Of a DNA stretch of 37,579 nt, positions 18,663 to 26,991 are shown piece by piece. The stretch comes from an uncultured Methanosarcinales archaeon (GTDB lineage: Archaea > Nanobdellota > Nanobdellia > Woesearchaeales > CAYNLP01). Numbering within the stretch: the stretch's first letter is position 1; each line of letters begins with the position of its first letter. The position numbers and the translations under genes are program-made. The DNA is taken from contig CAYNLP010000001.1 of assembly GCA_964398115.1 (NCBI GenBank), positions 1 to 37,579 on the forward strand. The letters are read 5' to 3'. The notes under the pieces are model-generated. The model had not been told where the DNA came from. It did not search any database and saw only the letters and a program-made list of their open reading frames with translations.

Positions 18663-19292
18663 ATGTCCAAAAATTTGGTTGAAGAAGTCGAAGAAAGATT
18701 ACAACAAGGTAATTCTCTAGAAGAAGTAAAGCAACATTTGAGAGAACATGGATATAAAGAAGAAGAGATAGAATCCGCTATTGAGAAGGTTGCTATAAGC
18801 ATAAGCGAAAAAGACTCTAGTATAAAAGATTTAATTCTAAACCATAAGCTTTTCATAATAATTGGGTTAACAGCTATAATAGCAGCATCAGGATCTATTT
18901 TATTTTTAGACATCGAACAGAATAATCCAACTAATCCAAACAACGCAACTAATTTTGAAGAAACAGTAGTTAAAAAATGCGGAACGCTACAAGGCTACGA
19001 CAAATACCAAAGAGGAAAAGCGCTGTGTTTTAATGAAGAAATAAAAGGTTGTAACCCTGTAGAGCTGACACAGAGAATAAAAAACATGACTACAACATTC
19101 AGAATTAAAGGAAAAGAAAACGGTAAGTGCAGATTAAACGTTCTCTACGAAAATAGAAACGTAACATGTCTTTTCGAAAATAATACTATGAGATCACATG
19201 ACATGTTCGAAAATCCTTACTGGTGGAGAGAAGGAACATATATAGTTAGAAAATGGAATATCACCAAATGCAACGGAACTGTTAGAAACTAA
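18663..19292 (+). CDS. Single-TM membrane protein with Cys-containing external domain
   Basis: N-terminal G.SLEEVKQHL.EHGY.EEEIE helical motif; TM at ~63-82; several Cys and NxT sequons. Confidence 0.7.
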   Translation: MSKNLVEEVEERLQQGNSLEEVKQHLREHGYKEEEIESAIEKVAISISEKDSSIKDLILNHKLFIIIGLTAIIAASGSILFLDIEQNNPTNPNNATNFEETVVKKCGTLQGYDKYQRGKALCFNEEIKGCNPVELTQRIKNMTTTFRIKGKENGKCRLNVLYENRNVTCLFENNTMRSHDMFENPYWWREGTYIVRKWNITKCNGTVRN

Positions 19293-19387
19293 TTAATGAC
19301 GACTAGACCAAAAACCTTTCGGAAATTCTTACTATATAGTAGTAAAAATCAAGTTTTTATAATATTTGAAAGTTAACATAAGCTAAC

Positions 19388-20827
19388 ATGAAGGAATTAA
19401 GTCAAAGAGTAGAAAACCTGTATAAAACCACTAAAGACAGGGTAAAATCAAAATCTAAACCAATCAGACATACCCTGATGCCTGTCTTAGCAACAGGAGC
19501 TATAGCACTAGGAGCATGCGGCGGTGGGGACAACTGTCAAACAAACCCGACAGCGCCTGAATGCAACGACGGACAAACCAACCAAAAACCAAGGGTTAGT
19601 TTAATAGCAGACCCAACCCAAGGCGTGAAACCGCTAGACGTGAACGTGAACGTAGACGGCAGCGACCCAGACGGCAACGTAAAAGAATACAAACTAAGCA
19701 CAGACCAAGACACAAGCGACTACGAAATCACAACGCAAAACCCAATCGACACCACCCTAACATTCCAAGACACAACAGAACTAAAAGCACAAACAGAAGA
19801 TGACCAAGGAGAAACCAGCAATGCTACAACTCAAAAAATACAACCACGAAAACCAAAACCAACCTACCTACGAGCGGGACAAATAATAGACTCAGAGACA
19901 GGACAAGGAAAAAAAGGTAAACTCATAGTATATGACGCAGCAGATACAATACCAGTAGACACAATCGAATCCGACACTGCTGGCAATATTCAAGAAACAA
20001 AAATAAGCGACAAAGAAAATGAAAACATAATAATACAAGCCGGAATATTCCAAGAAGACTCACTAGAAAGCTATATATCAACATACACAGCCAACACAGA
20101 CAACGGAGGAACAATAGGACCATCAAAATACCAAGCAATACCCTTTAAGAACGAAAAAGGAAGCTTAGAAAGTTTTAGAACCACTCCTCAAGAATTCCTA
20201 GAACACCTACAAAGACTAAAACAACATGGAGGATCTGACAGTGCAAAAGTGGAAAAAATACCTGTAAGCGAAGTAAAAACCACTTGTATACTGAGTGAAA
20301 ATCCTGAAGTCGGTGATAATGCCCAATTTTCCGAGGTGCAGCAGGACACTTTAGTAAAACCATGGAAAAATCAAAGCGATATACCTATATATCTTAGTGG
20401 AGAACAACCTGATACAGTAATAACAGGAGACTGTTCTGATTTATACAGTATAGATTCTAATAATGGAAAAATAGACGTAGAAAAAGTAGGCAGTATGATT
20501 GTAGTCCCAGACACTACCCTACCTGCGGTAGGTTCAAATAGTGGTCGCGATCCAGATAATGACGGAGATGATGATTCAGGTGTAATCAGATTGCATCCGG
20601 AATATATAACAATCGAGAGACTTGCCATGGTAGAAATACATGAAGCAGGTCATTTATCTTCAGACTGGGTTCACTCTAACGTCTATGAGAATGAAAAATG
20701 CAATATGCAAACCCCTGTTAAGGCCAGACACCCTACTTATGTTGATTGGAAAGCTTCAGACGCGATGTACAAGTTTGAAGATGGTCAGTGGATAGAAGAT
20801 ATTGCAAGATTAAACTTCTTTAACTAA
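19388..20827 (+). CDS. Lipoprotein with PKD-like domain and metzincin-like peptidase domain; paralog of 15432..17024
   Basis: Lipobox ALGA-C44-GGG; NQKP...ADPTQGVKPLDV...SDPDG (PKD); HEAGHLSSDWVH (HEXXH at 20639-20653) followed by CNM (possible Met-turn). Confidence 0.78.
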   Translation: MKELSQRVENLYKTTKDRVKSKSKPIRHTLMPVLATGAIALGACGGGDNCQTNPTAPECNDGQTNQKPRVSLIADPTQGVKPLDVNVNVDGSDPDGNVKEYKLSTDQDTSDYEITTQNPIDTTLTFQDTTELKAQTEDDQGETSNATTQKIQPRKPKPTYLRAGQIIDSETGQGKKGKLIVYDAADTIPVDTIESDTAGNIQETKISDKENENIIIQAGIFQEDSLESYISTYTANTDNGGTIGPSKYQAIPFKNEKGSLESFRTTPQEFLEHLQRLKQHGGSDSAKVEKIPVSEVKTTCILSENPEVGDNAQFSEVQQDTLVKPWKNQSDIPIYLSGEQPDTVITGDCSDLYSIDSNNGKIDVEKVGSMIVVPDTTLPAVGSNSGRDPDNDGDDDSGVIRLHPEYITIERLAMVEIHEAGHLSSDWVHSNVYENEKCNMQTPVKARHPTYVDWKASDAMYKFEDGQWIEDIARLNFFN

Positions 20828-20830
20828 AAT

Positions 20831-21391
20831 TTAGTTGTTGACGAATAGGTTGTGTTTTTCTTTGCCTTTGAGTTCGTTCATTATCCTGTGTATGATTAGC
20901 TTTTTCGGGTCGGGTAGTAGGTTTACTCTTTCTCTTATGTCTTCGAAGCTTTCGAAATCTTTTGCTCTCCTCGCTTCTACGATTTCTCTCATGTGTTTTT
21001 TTCCTACGCCTGGTAGTAGTTCTAGTGCGTGCATTCTCGTGCTCATGGGTTGTGCGTCGTTGAAGAAGTCGACGAACCTTTCTTCCTGCTCTTCTACGAG
21101 TTGCTTGATGGCGTGGTCTAATTCGCTTTTCGCCGTTTCTGTTAATTTTTCCATCCTGACTTTGCCGTTGACGTGATGAATTTTTTCACGCTTGCCATCG
21201 CCTATGTAGACTTCTTCGTATGGTTGTACGTGAACGTCTTTTTTAGGAACGAGTTCGAGTAGGGTGAAGTATTCTTTGCCTAGCGCTTGTGCTATGCTTG
21301 TCTTTCTATGCATGGGCCTGTCGTCGCTTGGATAGCCGTGTTTCAAGAAGTCTAATATTATAGCGTTCTCCTCTCTCTTTTGTTCTGGCAT
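20831..21391 (-). CDS. DUF655 family predicted nucleic-acid-binding protein
   Basis: ILDFLKHG, AQALG..YFTLLEL, VYIGDGKREKI, RFVDFFNDAQP..TRMHALELLPGVGKK. Canonical position after rpoF. Confidence 0.93.
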   Translation of the reverse strand: MPEQKREENAIILDFLKHGYPSDDRPMHRKTSIAQALGKEYFTLLELVPKKDVHVQPYEEVYIGDGKREKIHHVNGKVRMEKLTETAKSELDHAIKQLVEEQEERFVDFFNDAQPMSTRMHALELLPGVGKKHMREIVEARRAKDFESFEDIRERVNLLPDPKKLIIHRIMNELKGKEKHNLFVNN

Positions 21392-21452
21392 TTTTTCCCA
21401 ATCCCCTAGCTATTTGTCTACTTCTTAAGTATTTAAATCTTTCTGGAGAGAA

Positions 21453-21797
21453 TTAGATGTATTCTTGGACGACTTCTAATACTTGTTGCTTGTCTTCATC
21501 TTCCAAAGATAAGGTGTATCCTTGTAGTAACACTTCGAGTTCGTCTATATTCTTAGGTAGTCCGTCGACGATTTTGTGGATGAATTCGTCTTTCAACCTG
21601 GCGATTTCTAAGCTTTTCAAATCTTGTACCAGGTCTTCTGCTTCATCAGCGTCTAGCTCAACGAATTCGTTCAGGTAGTCCATGGTTCGGTTTCCACGGA
21701 AGCTTAGTTCTTCGTCTCTTTCTTCAATTCGTTGCAGTTCTTCTCTGACACTCGTCATGTTTGTTGGTTCTTCTTCTAGAACGTCTGGTTTTCTCAT
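21453..21797 (-). CDS. rpoF: DNA-directed RNA polymerase subunit F (Rpo4)
   Basis: ELSFRGNRTMDYLNEF, KIVDGLPKNIDEL. Position in the rpl21e-rpoF-DUF655 operon. Confidence 0.9.
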   Translation of the reverse strand: MRKPDVLEEEPTNMTSVREELQRIEERDEELSFRGNRTMDYLNEFVELDADEAEDLVQDLKSLEIARLKDEFIHKIVDGLPKNIDELEVLLQGYTLSLEDEDKQQVLEVVQEYI

Positions 21798-22090
21798 TCT
21801 TTCACCTTTTTCAAATGTACAGGGTGTACTATGAAAGTTTTGGTCATGTTACCATCTTCTACTTGTACTTTGTAGCACTTGCCTTGTTCTCCGACCACTA
21901 TACCTATGTCGCCGTGGAATTCCATGTTGTACATACCACTTTGAACGCTTGGATCAGCTTTTAATATGACACTATCGCCTTCGTCGAATTCTTGCAAGTG
22001 CTTTCTTAGTTGCGTTTTGCCTTTTTCCCTATACTCTTTTTGCAAGGCGTACCTTGTCTTTCGCCTTGCTCCGCCTGTTCTTTGTACCAT
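21794..22090 (-). CDS. rpl21e: 50S ribosomal protein L21e
   Basis: Start MVQRTGGARRKTR; LQEFDEGD.V...DPSVQSGM...FHG..G.V; VHPVHL. Confidence 0.95.
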   Translation of the reverse strand: MVQRTGGARRKTRYALQKEYREKGKTQLRKHLQEFDEGDSVILKADPSVQSGMYNMEFHGDIGIVVGEQGKCYKVQVEDGNMTKTFIVHPVHLKKVKE

Positions 22091-22134
22091 ATACTGTTGG
22101 GAAAATTGGATTGGTTTATAAAGCTTTTCGTTAA

Positions 22135-22159
22135 TTCTTTTCCATATAGACAAAAAATA
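22135..22159 (+). repeat. 25-bp direct repeat, copy 1 (TTCTTTTCCATATAGACAAAAAATA)
   Basis: Identical to 23641-23665; degenerate third copy at 22701-22722. Confidence 0.9.
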
Positions 22160-22202
22160 ATACCAAAAGAGTTAAATACAAAATCCACCATTTAAAAAAG
22201 AC

Positions 22203-22601
22203 ATGGAAATAAAGCAAAAAATCCTAAAGAAGCTAAAAGAACTACCACACTTTGACAAACTACAATTCATCTACCTCTACGGAAGTCAAGCAACCGGAAA
22301 AACCAGCAAAAAATCAGACATAGACATCTGCCTCCACTACGACATCCAAGATGAAAAAACCCTGAGAAAACTAGGCTACAAAATACAGGGCAACTTCACC
22401 CAAAAATATGACATAGCAATGTTCCAACAACTACCACTACCCGTACAGAGAGAAGTGTTCAAAGGAAAACCATTATACCTCAAAGACAAAAACTCAACCA
22501 TCGACCTAGCCCTAGAAACGTCGAGAAAATACAAAGACTTTCAAAAAAGACACGAATACATACTCAACCACAAAGCCGGTACGGGAGAAGCAGAGTTATG
22601 A
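22203..22601 (+). CDS. Minimal nucleotidyltransferase (MNT) antitoxin
   Basis: YLYGSQATGKTSKKSDIDI (GS-x10-DxD); DIAMFQQLPL; VFKGKPLY. Confidence 0.9.
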   Translation: MEIKQKILKKLKELPHFDKLQFIYLYGSQATGKTSKKSDIDICLHYDIQDEKTLRKLGYKIQGNFTQKYDIAMFQQLPLPVQREVFKGKPLYLKDKNSTIDLALETSRKYKDFQKRHEYILNHKAGTGEAEL

Positions 22602-22691
22602 AAAGAATAAAAGAAAAAATTGCAGAAGCTAGGGATAGAAGATTTCGACAAAATAATAAAAACGTTTCGCGACTACATAAAAGAAAAATAA
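22598..22691 (+). pseudogene. HEPN toxin remnant with internal deletion
   Basis: ATGA-coupled start MKRIKEKIAEA fused out of frame to GIEDFDKIIKTFRDYIKEK*. These match the N- and C-termini of the intact HEPN at 23176 (MKEKLQEKIADL / VEDFNTFSKHVSKY). Confidence 0.7.
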
Positions 22692-22700
22692 AACCATTAC

Positions 22701-22722
22701 TTCTTCCATCTAGACAAAAAAA
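22701..22722 (+). repeat. Degenerate copy 2 of the repeat (TTCTTCCATCTAGACAAAAAAA)
   Basis: Shares the TTCCAT.TAGACAAAAAA core with copies 1 and 3. Confidence 0.7.
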
Positions 22723-22768
22723 GTTTTTGAAGAAAAGTTTTAATACCTAAACAGATTAGAAAATCAAC

Positions 22769-23179
22769 ATGTTATCAGAAAGTAAGATAACCGAGTTACA
22801 GAAAGTGTTTGAAAAACACGACGAAGTCCTCTTCGCATACTTATTCGGAAGTGTAGCCAAGAACGAGGAAGGACCGTTAAGCGATGTTGACATAGCCGTG
22901 TACTTAGACTGTGAAAAAAACCAAGTATTTGATCTCAAATTAGAACTCAACAGTCAAATACCTATAATGGACAAGGAATTCGATCTGGTAGTGTTAAACG
23001 AAGCAAAACTTTCAATGCAACACGAAATCATAAACGGGAAAGTTATATACTGCAAAGATAATGATAAGAGGGTGGAAGTCGAAACAAGTATAATGAATCG
23101 ATATTTAGACATGAAACCTTTCTATCAAGAATACGCGCAGAAAAACTTGGAAAAAACGGCGAGGGAAGGACTGACATGA
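22769..23179 (+). CDS. mntA: MNT antitoxin (MntA-like, type VII TA)
   Basis: AYLFGSVAKNEEGPLSDVDIAVY; DLVVLNEA; EIINGKVIY; RYLDMKP. Confidence 0.9.
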   Translation: MLSESKITELQKVFEKHDEVLFAYLFGSVAKNEEGPLSDVDIAVYLDCEKNQVFDLKLELNSQIPIMDKEFDLVVLNEAKLSMQHEIINGKVIYCKDNDKRVEVETSIMNRYLDMKPFYQEYAQKNLEKTAREGLT

Positions 23180-23598
23180 AAGAAAAACTGCAAGAAAAAA
23201 TTGCTGACTTAAAAAAATATCAGGAAAAACTAGAGAAATACGCGGCTTACGACAAAGAGGAAATAACAAGCAATGAGGAAACACAAGCTGCGGTAGAAAG
23301 ATACCTAAACTTAGCGATAGAAATAGTAATTCAAATAGGAAAGATGATTATATCCAATGAAGAACTGGAAAAACCTGACACTTACCAAGATGTTATAAAA
23401 AAACTTGGACAGGAAGAAATCTTACCTAAAGGATTTGCGGAGAGATTCGCCCCGGCAACTGGTTTAAGGAACCTATTAATCCATAGATATGGCGAGATAG
23501 ACATAAACAAAGTTATAGAAACATTGAAAAACAATGTGGAAGACTTCAACACTTTCTCCAAACACGTCAGCAAATACGCGGCCAATCTAGAACAATAA
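23176..23598 (+). CDS. hepT: HEPN toxin (DUF86/HepT-like RNase)
   Basis: AVERYL..AIE, PDTY, GLRNLLIHRYGEID (Rx4H followed by Tyr). ATGA overlap with MNT. Confidence 0.92.
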   Translation: MKEKLQEKIADLKKYQEKLEKYAAYDKEEITSNEETQAAVERYLNLAIEIVIQIGKMIISNEELEKPDTYQDVIKKLGQEEILPKGFAERFAPATGLRNLLIHRYGEIDINKVIETLKNNVEDFNTFSKHVSKYAANLEQ

Positions 23599-23640
23599 AA
23601 AAGCAAATTAAGATAGTTTCTAGAAAGTAAACAACTTTAT

Positions 23641-23665
23641 TTCTTTTCCATATAGACAAAAAATA
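23641..23665 (+). repeat. 25-bp direct repeat, copy 3
   Basis: Identical to 22135-22159. Confidence 0.9.
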
Positions 23666-23707
23666 CAGCAAATATTATTAAAACCACAACCTCTACACAA
23701 AAAAAGT

Positions 23708-24256
23708 ATGAAGATAACAATCATGGGAACGCCAGGAAGCGGGAAAAGCACACTTGCCAAAAACCTCGCCGAAAAACTAGGACTCGACTTCTTAAGCATC
23801 GGAGACATGCGAAGAGAAATGGCTCGAGAAAGAAACATGACCATCCACGAACTAAACGAACTCGGCAAAAAAGAAAGCTGGACCGACAAAGAAGTCGACG
23901 AATACCAACGAAAATACGCGGAAGAAAACGACGACTTCATAATAGAAGGAAGAATGAGCTGGTACTTCATCCCAGACAGCATAAAAATATTCTTAGACGC
24001 CGAACCCAGAGAAAGAGCCAAGCGCTTAACCGAAAGACACCACGAAGAAGAAAATTACGAAAGTAAAGAACAAGCACTAAAAGCATTAAAAGAAAGAGTT
24101 GAAAACGACAAAGAAAGATACAAAAAATATTATGACGTAAACCCATACGACAAAACACACTACGACATATTAATAGACAGCACCGACACAGGACCAGAAG
24201 AACTAGTGGAAGAAACGATAGAAGTGATAAAAAGTCAAGAAGCAAACTCGACATAG
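23708..24256 (+). CDS. cmk: Cytidylate kinase, archaeal type
   Basis: ITIMGTPGSGKST P-loop; SIGDMRREMARER; IIEGRMS; IKIFLDA...RAKR; RYKKYY; YDILIDST. Confidence 0.9.
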   Translation: MKITIMGTPGSGKSTLAKNLAEKLGLDFLSIGDMRREMARERNMTIHELNELGKKESWTDKEVDEYQRKYAEENDDFIIEGRMSWYFIPDSIKIFLDAEPRERAKRLTERHHEEENYESKEQALKALKERVENDKERYKKYYDVNPYDKTHYDILIDSTDTGPEELVEETIEVIKSQEANST

Positions 24257-24624
24257 CCCTCGCTGAAACAAATCTCCACATCGAAATTTCGTAAAAAACT
24301 CAAACCCAACAATCCATCAACCCTGCTTTCTTCAGGCAAATCTTGAACTATAGCTTGTACGTCTTCCGCATGTAGTCTTCCCACTCTAACCTTAGATAAA
24401 GAAACTAGAGAAGACTCTTCCTTGTCTTGCACATTTAGAGTTTCAACTTTTTCAACTTCCGACAAATCTATTTTCAAAGTATCGGCTACATCTCTAGGGA
24501 TACGAACAAGAGAAGCACCTGTATCCAAAGCCATGAATAATTTCTTAACACTCCCTTTATTTTCACACAAAACATAGATAGGAATAATATGCTGACTGCT
24601 ATCGAACAAAATCTTTTCTCTCAT
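24235..24624 (-). CDS. Retropepsin-like (clan AA) aspartic protease
   Basis: MALDTGAS catalytic motif and DGLLGLSFLRNF. Confidence 0.9.
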   Translation of the reverse strand: MREKILFDSSQHIIPIYVLCENKGSVKKLFMALDTGASLVRIPRDVADTLKIDLSEVEKVETLNVQDKEESSLVSLSKVRVGRLHAEDVQAIVQDLPEESRVDGLLGLSFLRNFDVEICFSEGYVEFAS

Positions 24625-24836
24625 AACATGTACACCAAATCATCTGGAAAATCCCCATTATAGAAATGAAAAGTAAATTTTTCTTTGTTCTCAACCATCG
24701 CTTGAGCTGTGACGTCACGATCTTTACTATGAGCCAGTAGCTTTGCATCATTAACCTGATACCTGTCGTCATGCTCTAAAACTTCTACCAAAATCCACTC
24801 ATCCGGATATTTCTCCTTTATCTCTTCCAAATCCAT
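24621..24836 (-). CDS. Small DUF5678-like protein
   Basis: EIKEKYPDEWILVE...LLAHSKDR pattern; ATGA-coupled upstream of the protease. Confidence 0.7.
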   Translation of the reverse strand: MDLEEIKEKYPDEWILVEVLEHDDRYQVNDAKLLAHSKDRDVTAQAMVENKEKFTFHFYNGDFPDDLVYML

Positions 24837-24936
24837 ACCCCCTCTATCAAGATCTTTTCATTAAATAAATTACCGATACCAACTCGAAAAATCTCCGACC
24901 ATAAAGTTTAAAAACGAAATAACCACCGCTTAAGAC

Positions 24937-25596
24937 ATGGCGATAGAAAAAGGCGACTTCATAGAAATGCAATTCACCGGACGAGTATCAGATGACGGGG
25001 AAGTATTCGACACGACAGACGAAGTCCTAGCCAAAGAAGAAGACATCTACCAACCACAACAAGAATACGGCAGTATCAAACTAGTCGTCGGAGAAAGACA
25101 AGTCGTGCCCGGCCTCGACGAAGCACTTGAAGGCATGGAACTAGGAGAACACGAAGTACACCTAGACGTAGAAGACGCATTCGGCAAGAAAGATACGGAC
25201 AAACTAAAAATAATACCAGAAAAAGAATTCGACAAACAAGGAATAAAACCATACGTCGGCCTCGAAGTAAATATCGACGGACAAATCGGAACAGTAAGAA
25301 GCGTCACCGGCGGCAGAACAGTAGTAGACTTCAACCACCCACTAGCCGGCAAAGAACTCGACTACGAAATAAACATTAAAAGAAAAATCGAAGACCAAGA
25401 AAAACAACTCAAAGCCATACTACAAATAATGAACACACCATACGAAGAAATAAACATTGAAGACGACCAAGCAGAAATAGTGATGGAACAAGAAATGCCA
25501 GAAGACCTACAAGAAAAAGCAACTGAAGAAATCGAAAGACTCGTCGGATACAAAGCAACATTCACCACACCAGAGCAGAGTTCTGAAGAAGAGTAA
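24937..25596 (+). CDS. slyD: FKBP-type peptidyl-prolyl isomerase (SlyD-like, long archaeal form)
   Basis: GDFI...FTGR..DGEVFDTT; VVPGLDEAL.GM; EDAFG; VDFNHPLAGKEL; C-terminal extra domain. Confidence 0.93.
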   Translation: MAIEKGDFIEMQFTGRVSDDGEVFDTTDEVLAKEEDIYQPQQEYGSIKLVVGERQVVPGLDEALEGMELGEHEVHLDVEDAFGKKDTDKLKIIPEKEFDKQGIKPYVGLEVNIDGQIGTVRSVTGGRTVVDFNHPLAGKELDYEINIKRKIEDQEKQLKAILQIMNTPYEEINIEDDQAEIVMEQEMPEDLQEKATEEIERLVGYKATFTTPEQSSEEE

Positions 25597-25641
25597 AGTT
25601 TATAAATTTACAAAAAGCCATTCTAAACTGGAGGGAACACA

Positions 25642-26751
25642 TTGGACTCAATCGTAGAAAGCGCAAAAGAAGTCGGTGGTGGAGCACAACCAACCAAAGG
25701 AAACCACCAAGCCGACGAAGAACTCGAAGAACTTCTCGACGAACAAAAAGCCAAGATAAAAGTAATCGGAACCGGCGGCGGAGGAAACAACACCATAAAC
25801 AGAATAACAGAAGTAGGAATCGCCGGATCTGAAACCATAGCTATAAACACAGACGCGCAAGACCTCCTATACACAAGCGCAGACCAAAAAATCCTAATCG
25901 GAAAAGACATAACAGGAGGGATGGGCGCAGGAAGCGTGCCCAAAGTCGGAGAAGAAGCCGCTAGAGAAAACGAACACGATATCAAAAAAGCCTGCAAAGG
26001 CGCAGACATGGTATTCATAACCTGCGGACTCGGAGGAGGAACCGGAACAGGAAGCGCACCCGTAATAGCAGAAGTCGCAAAAAAAGTCGGTGCCTTAACA
26101 GTAGGCGTAGTAACCGTACCCTTCGACATGGAAGGACAAAGAAGACAAGACAACGCCCTAATCGGATTAGAAAAACTAGAAAAAAACGTAGACACACTAA
26201 TCGTAATACCAAACGACAAACTATTAGACCTAGCACCAGACCTCCCACTTCACACCGCATTCAAAGTAGCAGACGAAGTACTAACAAACGCGGTTAAAGG
26301 AATCGCAGAACTCGTAACCAAAACCGGACTAGTAAACCTAGACTTCGCAGACATCCGAGCCGTCATGGGCAACGGAGGCGTAGCACTCATAGGCATGGGA
26401 GAAAGCGACACAGAAAACCGAAGCGTAGAAAGCGTGGAAAAAGCAATCAACAACCCACTCCTCGACGTAGATATAAGCGGAGCAAACGGAGCACTCATAA
26501 ACGTAAGCGGCGGGCAAGACATGACCCTAGACGAAGCAAGAGACGTAGTCGAAAGCGTCTCTGTCAAACTCGACGACGACGCAAGAATCATCTGGGGAGC
26601 ACAAATACAAGACGACCTAGAAGGCGTCATCAAAACAATGCTCATCGTCACAGGAGTAAGAAGCGAACAAATAATCGGCGGCGGAAAAGAAGCAGCCAAA
26701 CAAAGACAAAAAGAAATGGAAAGCGAACTAGGAATAGAATTCGTAGACTAA
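25642..26751 (+). CDS. ftsZ: Cell division protein FtsZ (TTG start)
   Basis: IKVIGTGGGGNN, AINTDAQ, GLGGGTGTG tubulin signature, NLDFAD. GGAGG SD. Confidence 0.98.
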   Translation: MDSIVESAKEVGGGAQPTKGNHQADEELEELLDEQKAKIKVIGTGGGGNNTINRITEVGIAGSETIAINTDAQDLLYTSADQKILIGKDITGGMGAGSVPKVGEEAARENEHDIKKACKGADMVFITCGLGGGTGTGSAPVIAEVAKKVGALTVGVVTVPFDMEGQRRQDNALIGLEKLEKNVDTLIVIPNDKLLDLAPDLPLHTAFKVADEVLTNAVKGIAELVTKTGLVNLDFADIRAVMGNGGVALIGMGESDTENRSVESVEKAINNPLLDVDISGANGALINVSGGQDMTLDEARDVVESVSVKLDDDARIIWGAQIQDDLEGVIKTMLIVTGVRSEQIIGGGKEAAKQRQKEMESELGIEFVD

Positions 26752-26752
26752 A

Positions 26753-26938
26753 ATGGTAAGCGAACACTGGAATAAACTAAAGGATTTCACACAACAATGC
26801 CTACGAGTCCTAAAAGTACTCAAAAAACCAGACAAAGAAGAATTCAAAACCATCGTAAAAGTAACCGGTCTCGGAATAACAATTATCGGAATCATCGGCC
26901 TCATCATGCAAATGATCAACCAAATGCTAATAGGATAA
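26753..26938 (+). CDS. secE: Protein translocase SecE / Sec61-gamma
   Basis: RVLKVLKKPDKEEF...KVTGLG...IGIIG. Position between ftsZ and spt5. Confidence 0.94.
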   Translation: MVSEHWNKLKDFTQQCLRVLKVLKKPDKEEFKTIVKVTGLGITIIGIIGLIMQMINQMLIG

Positions 26939-26991
26939 ACTTCACAACAAGTTTTATAAAGAGAAACTTAATTCTGTAAAAATGTTCTAAA

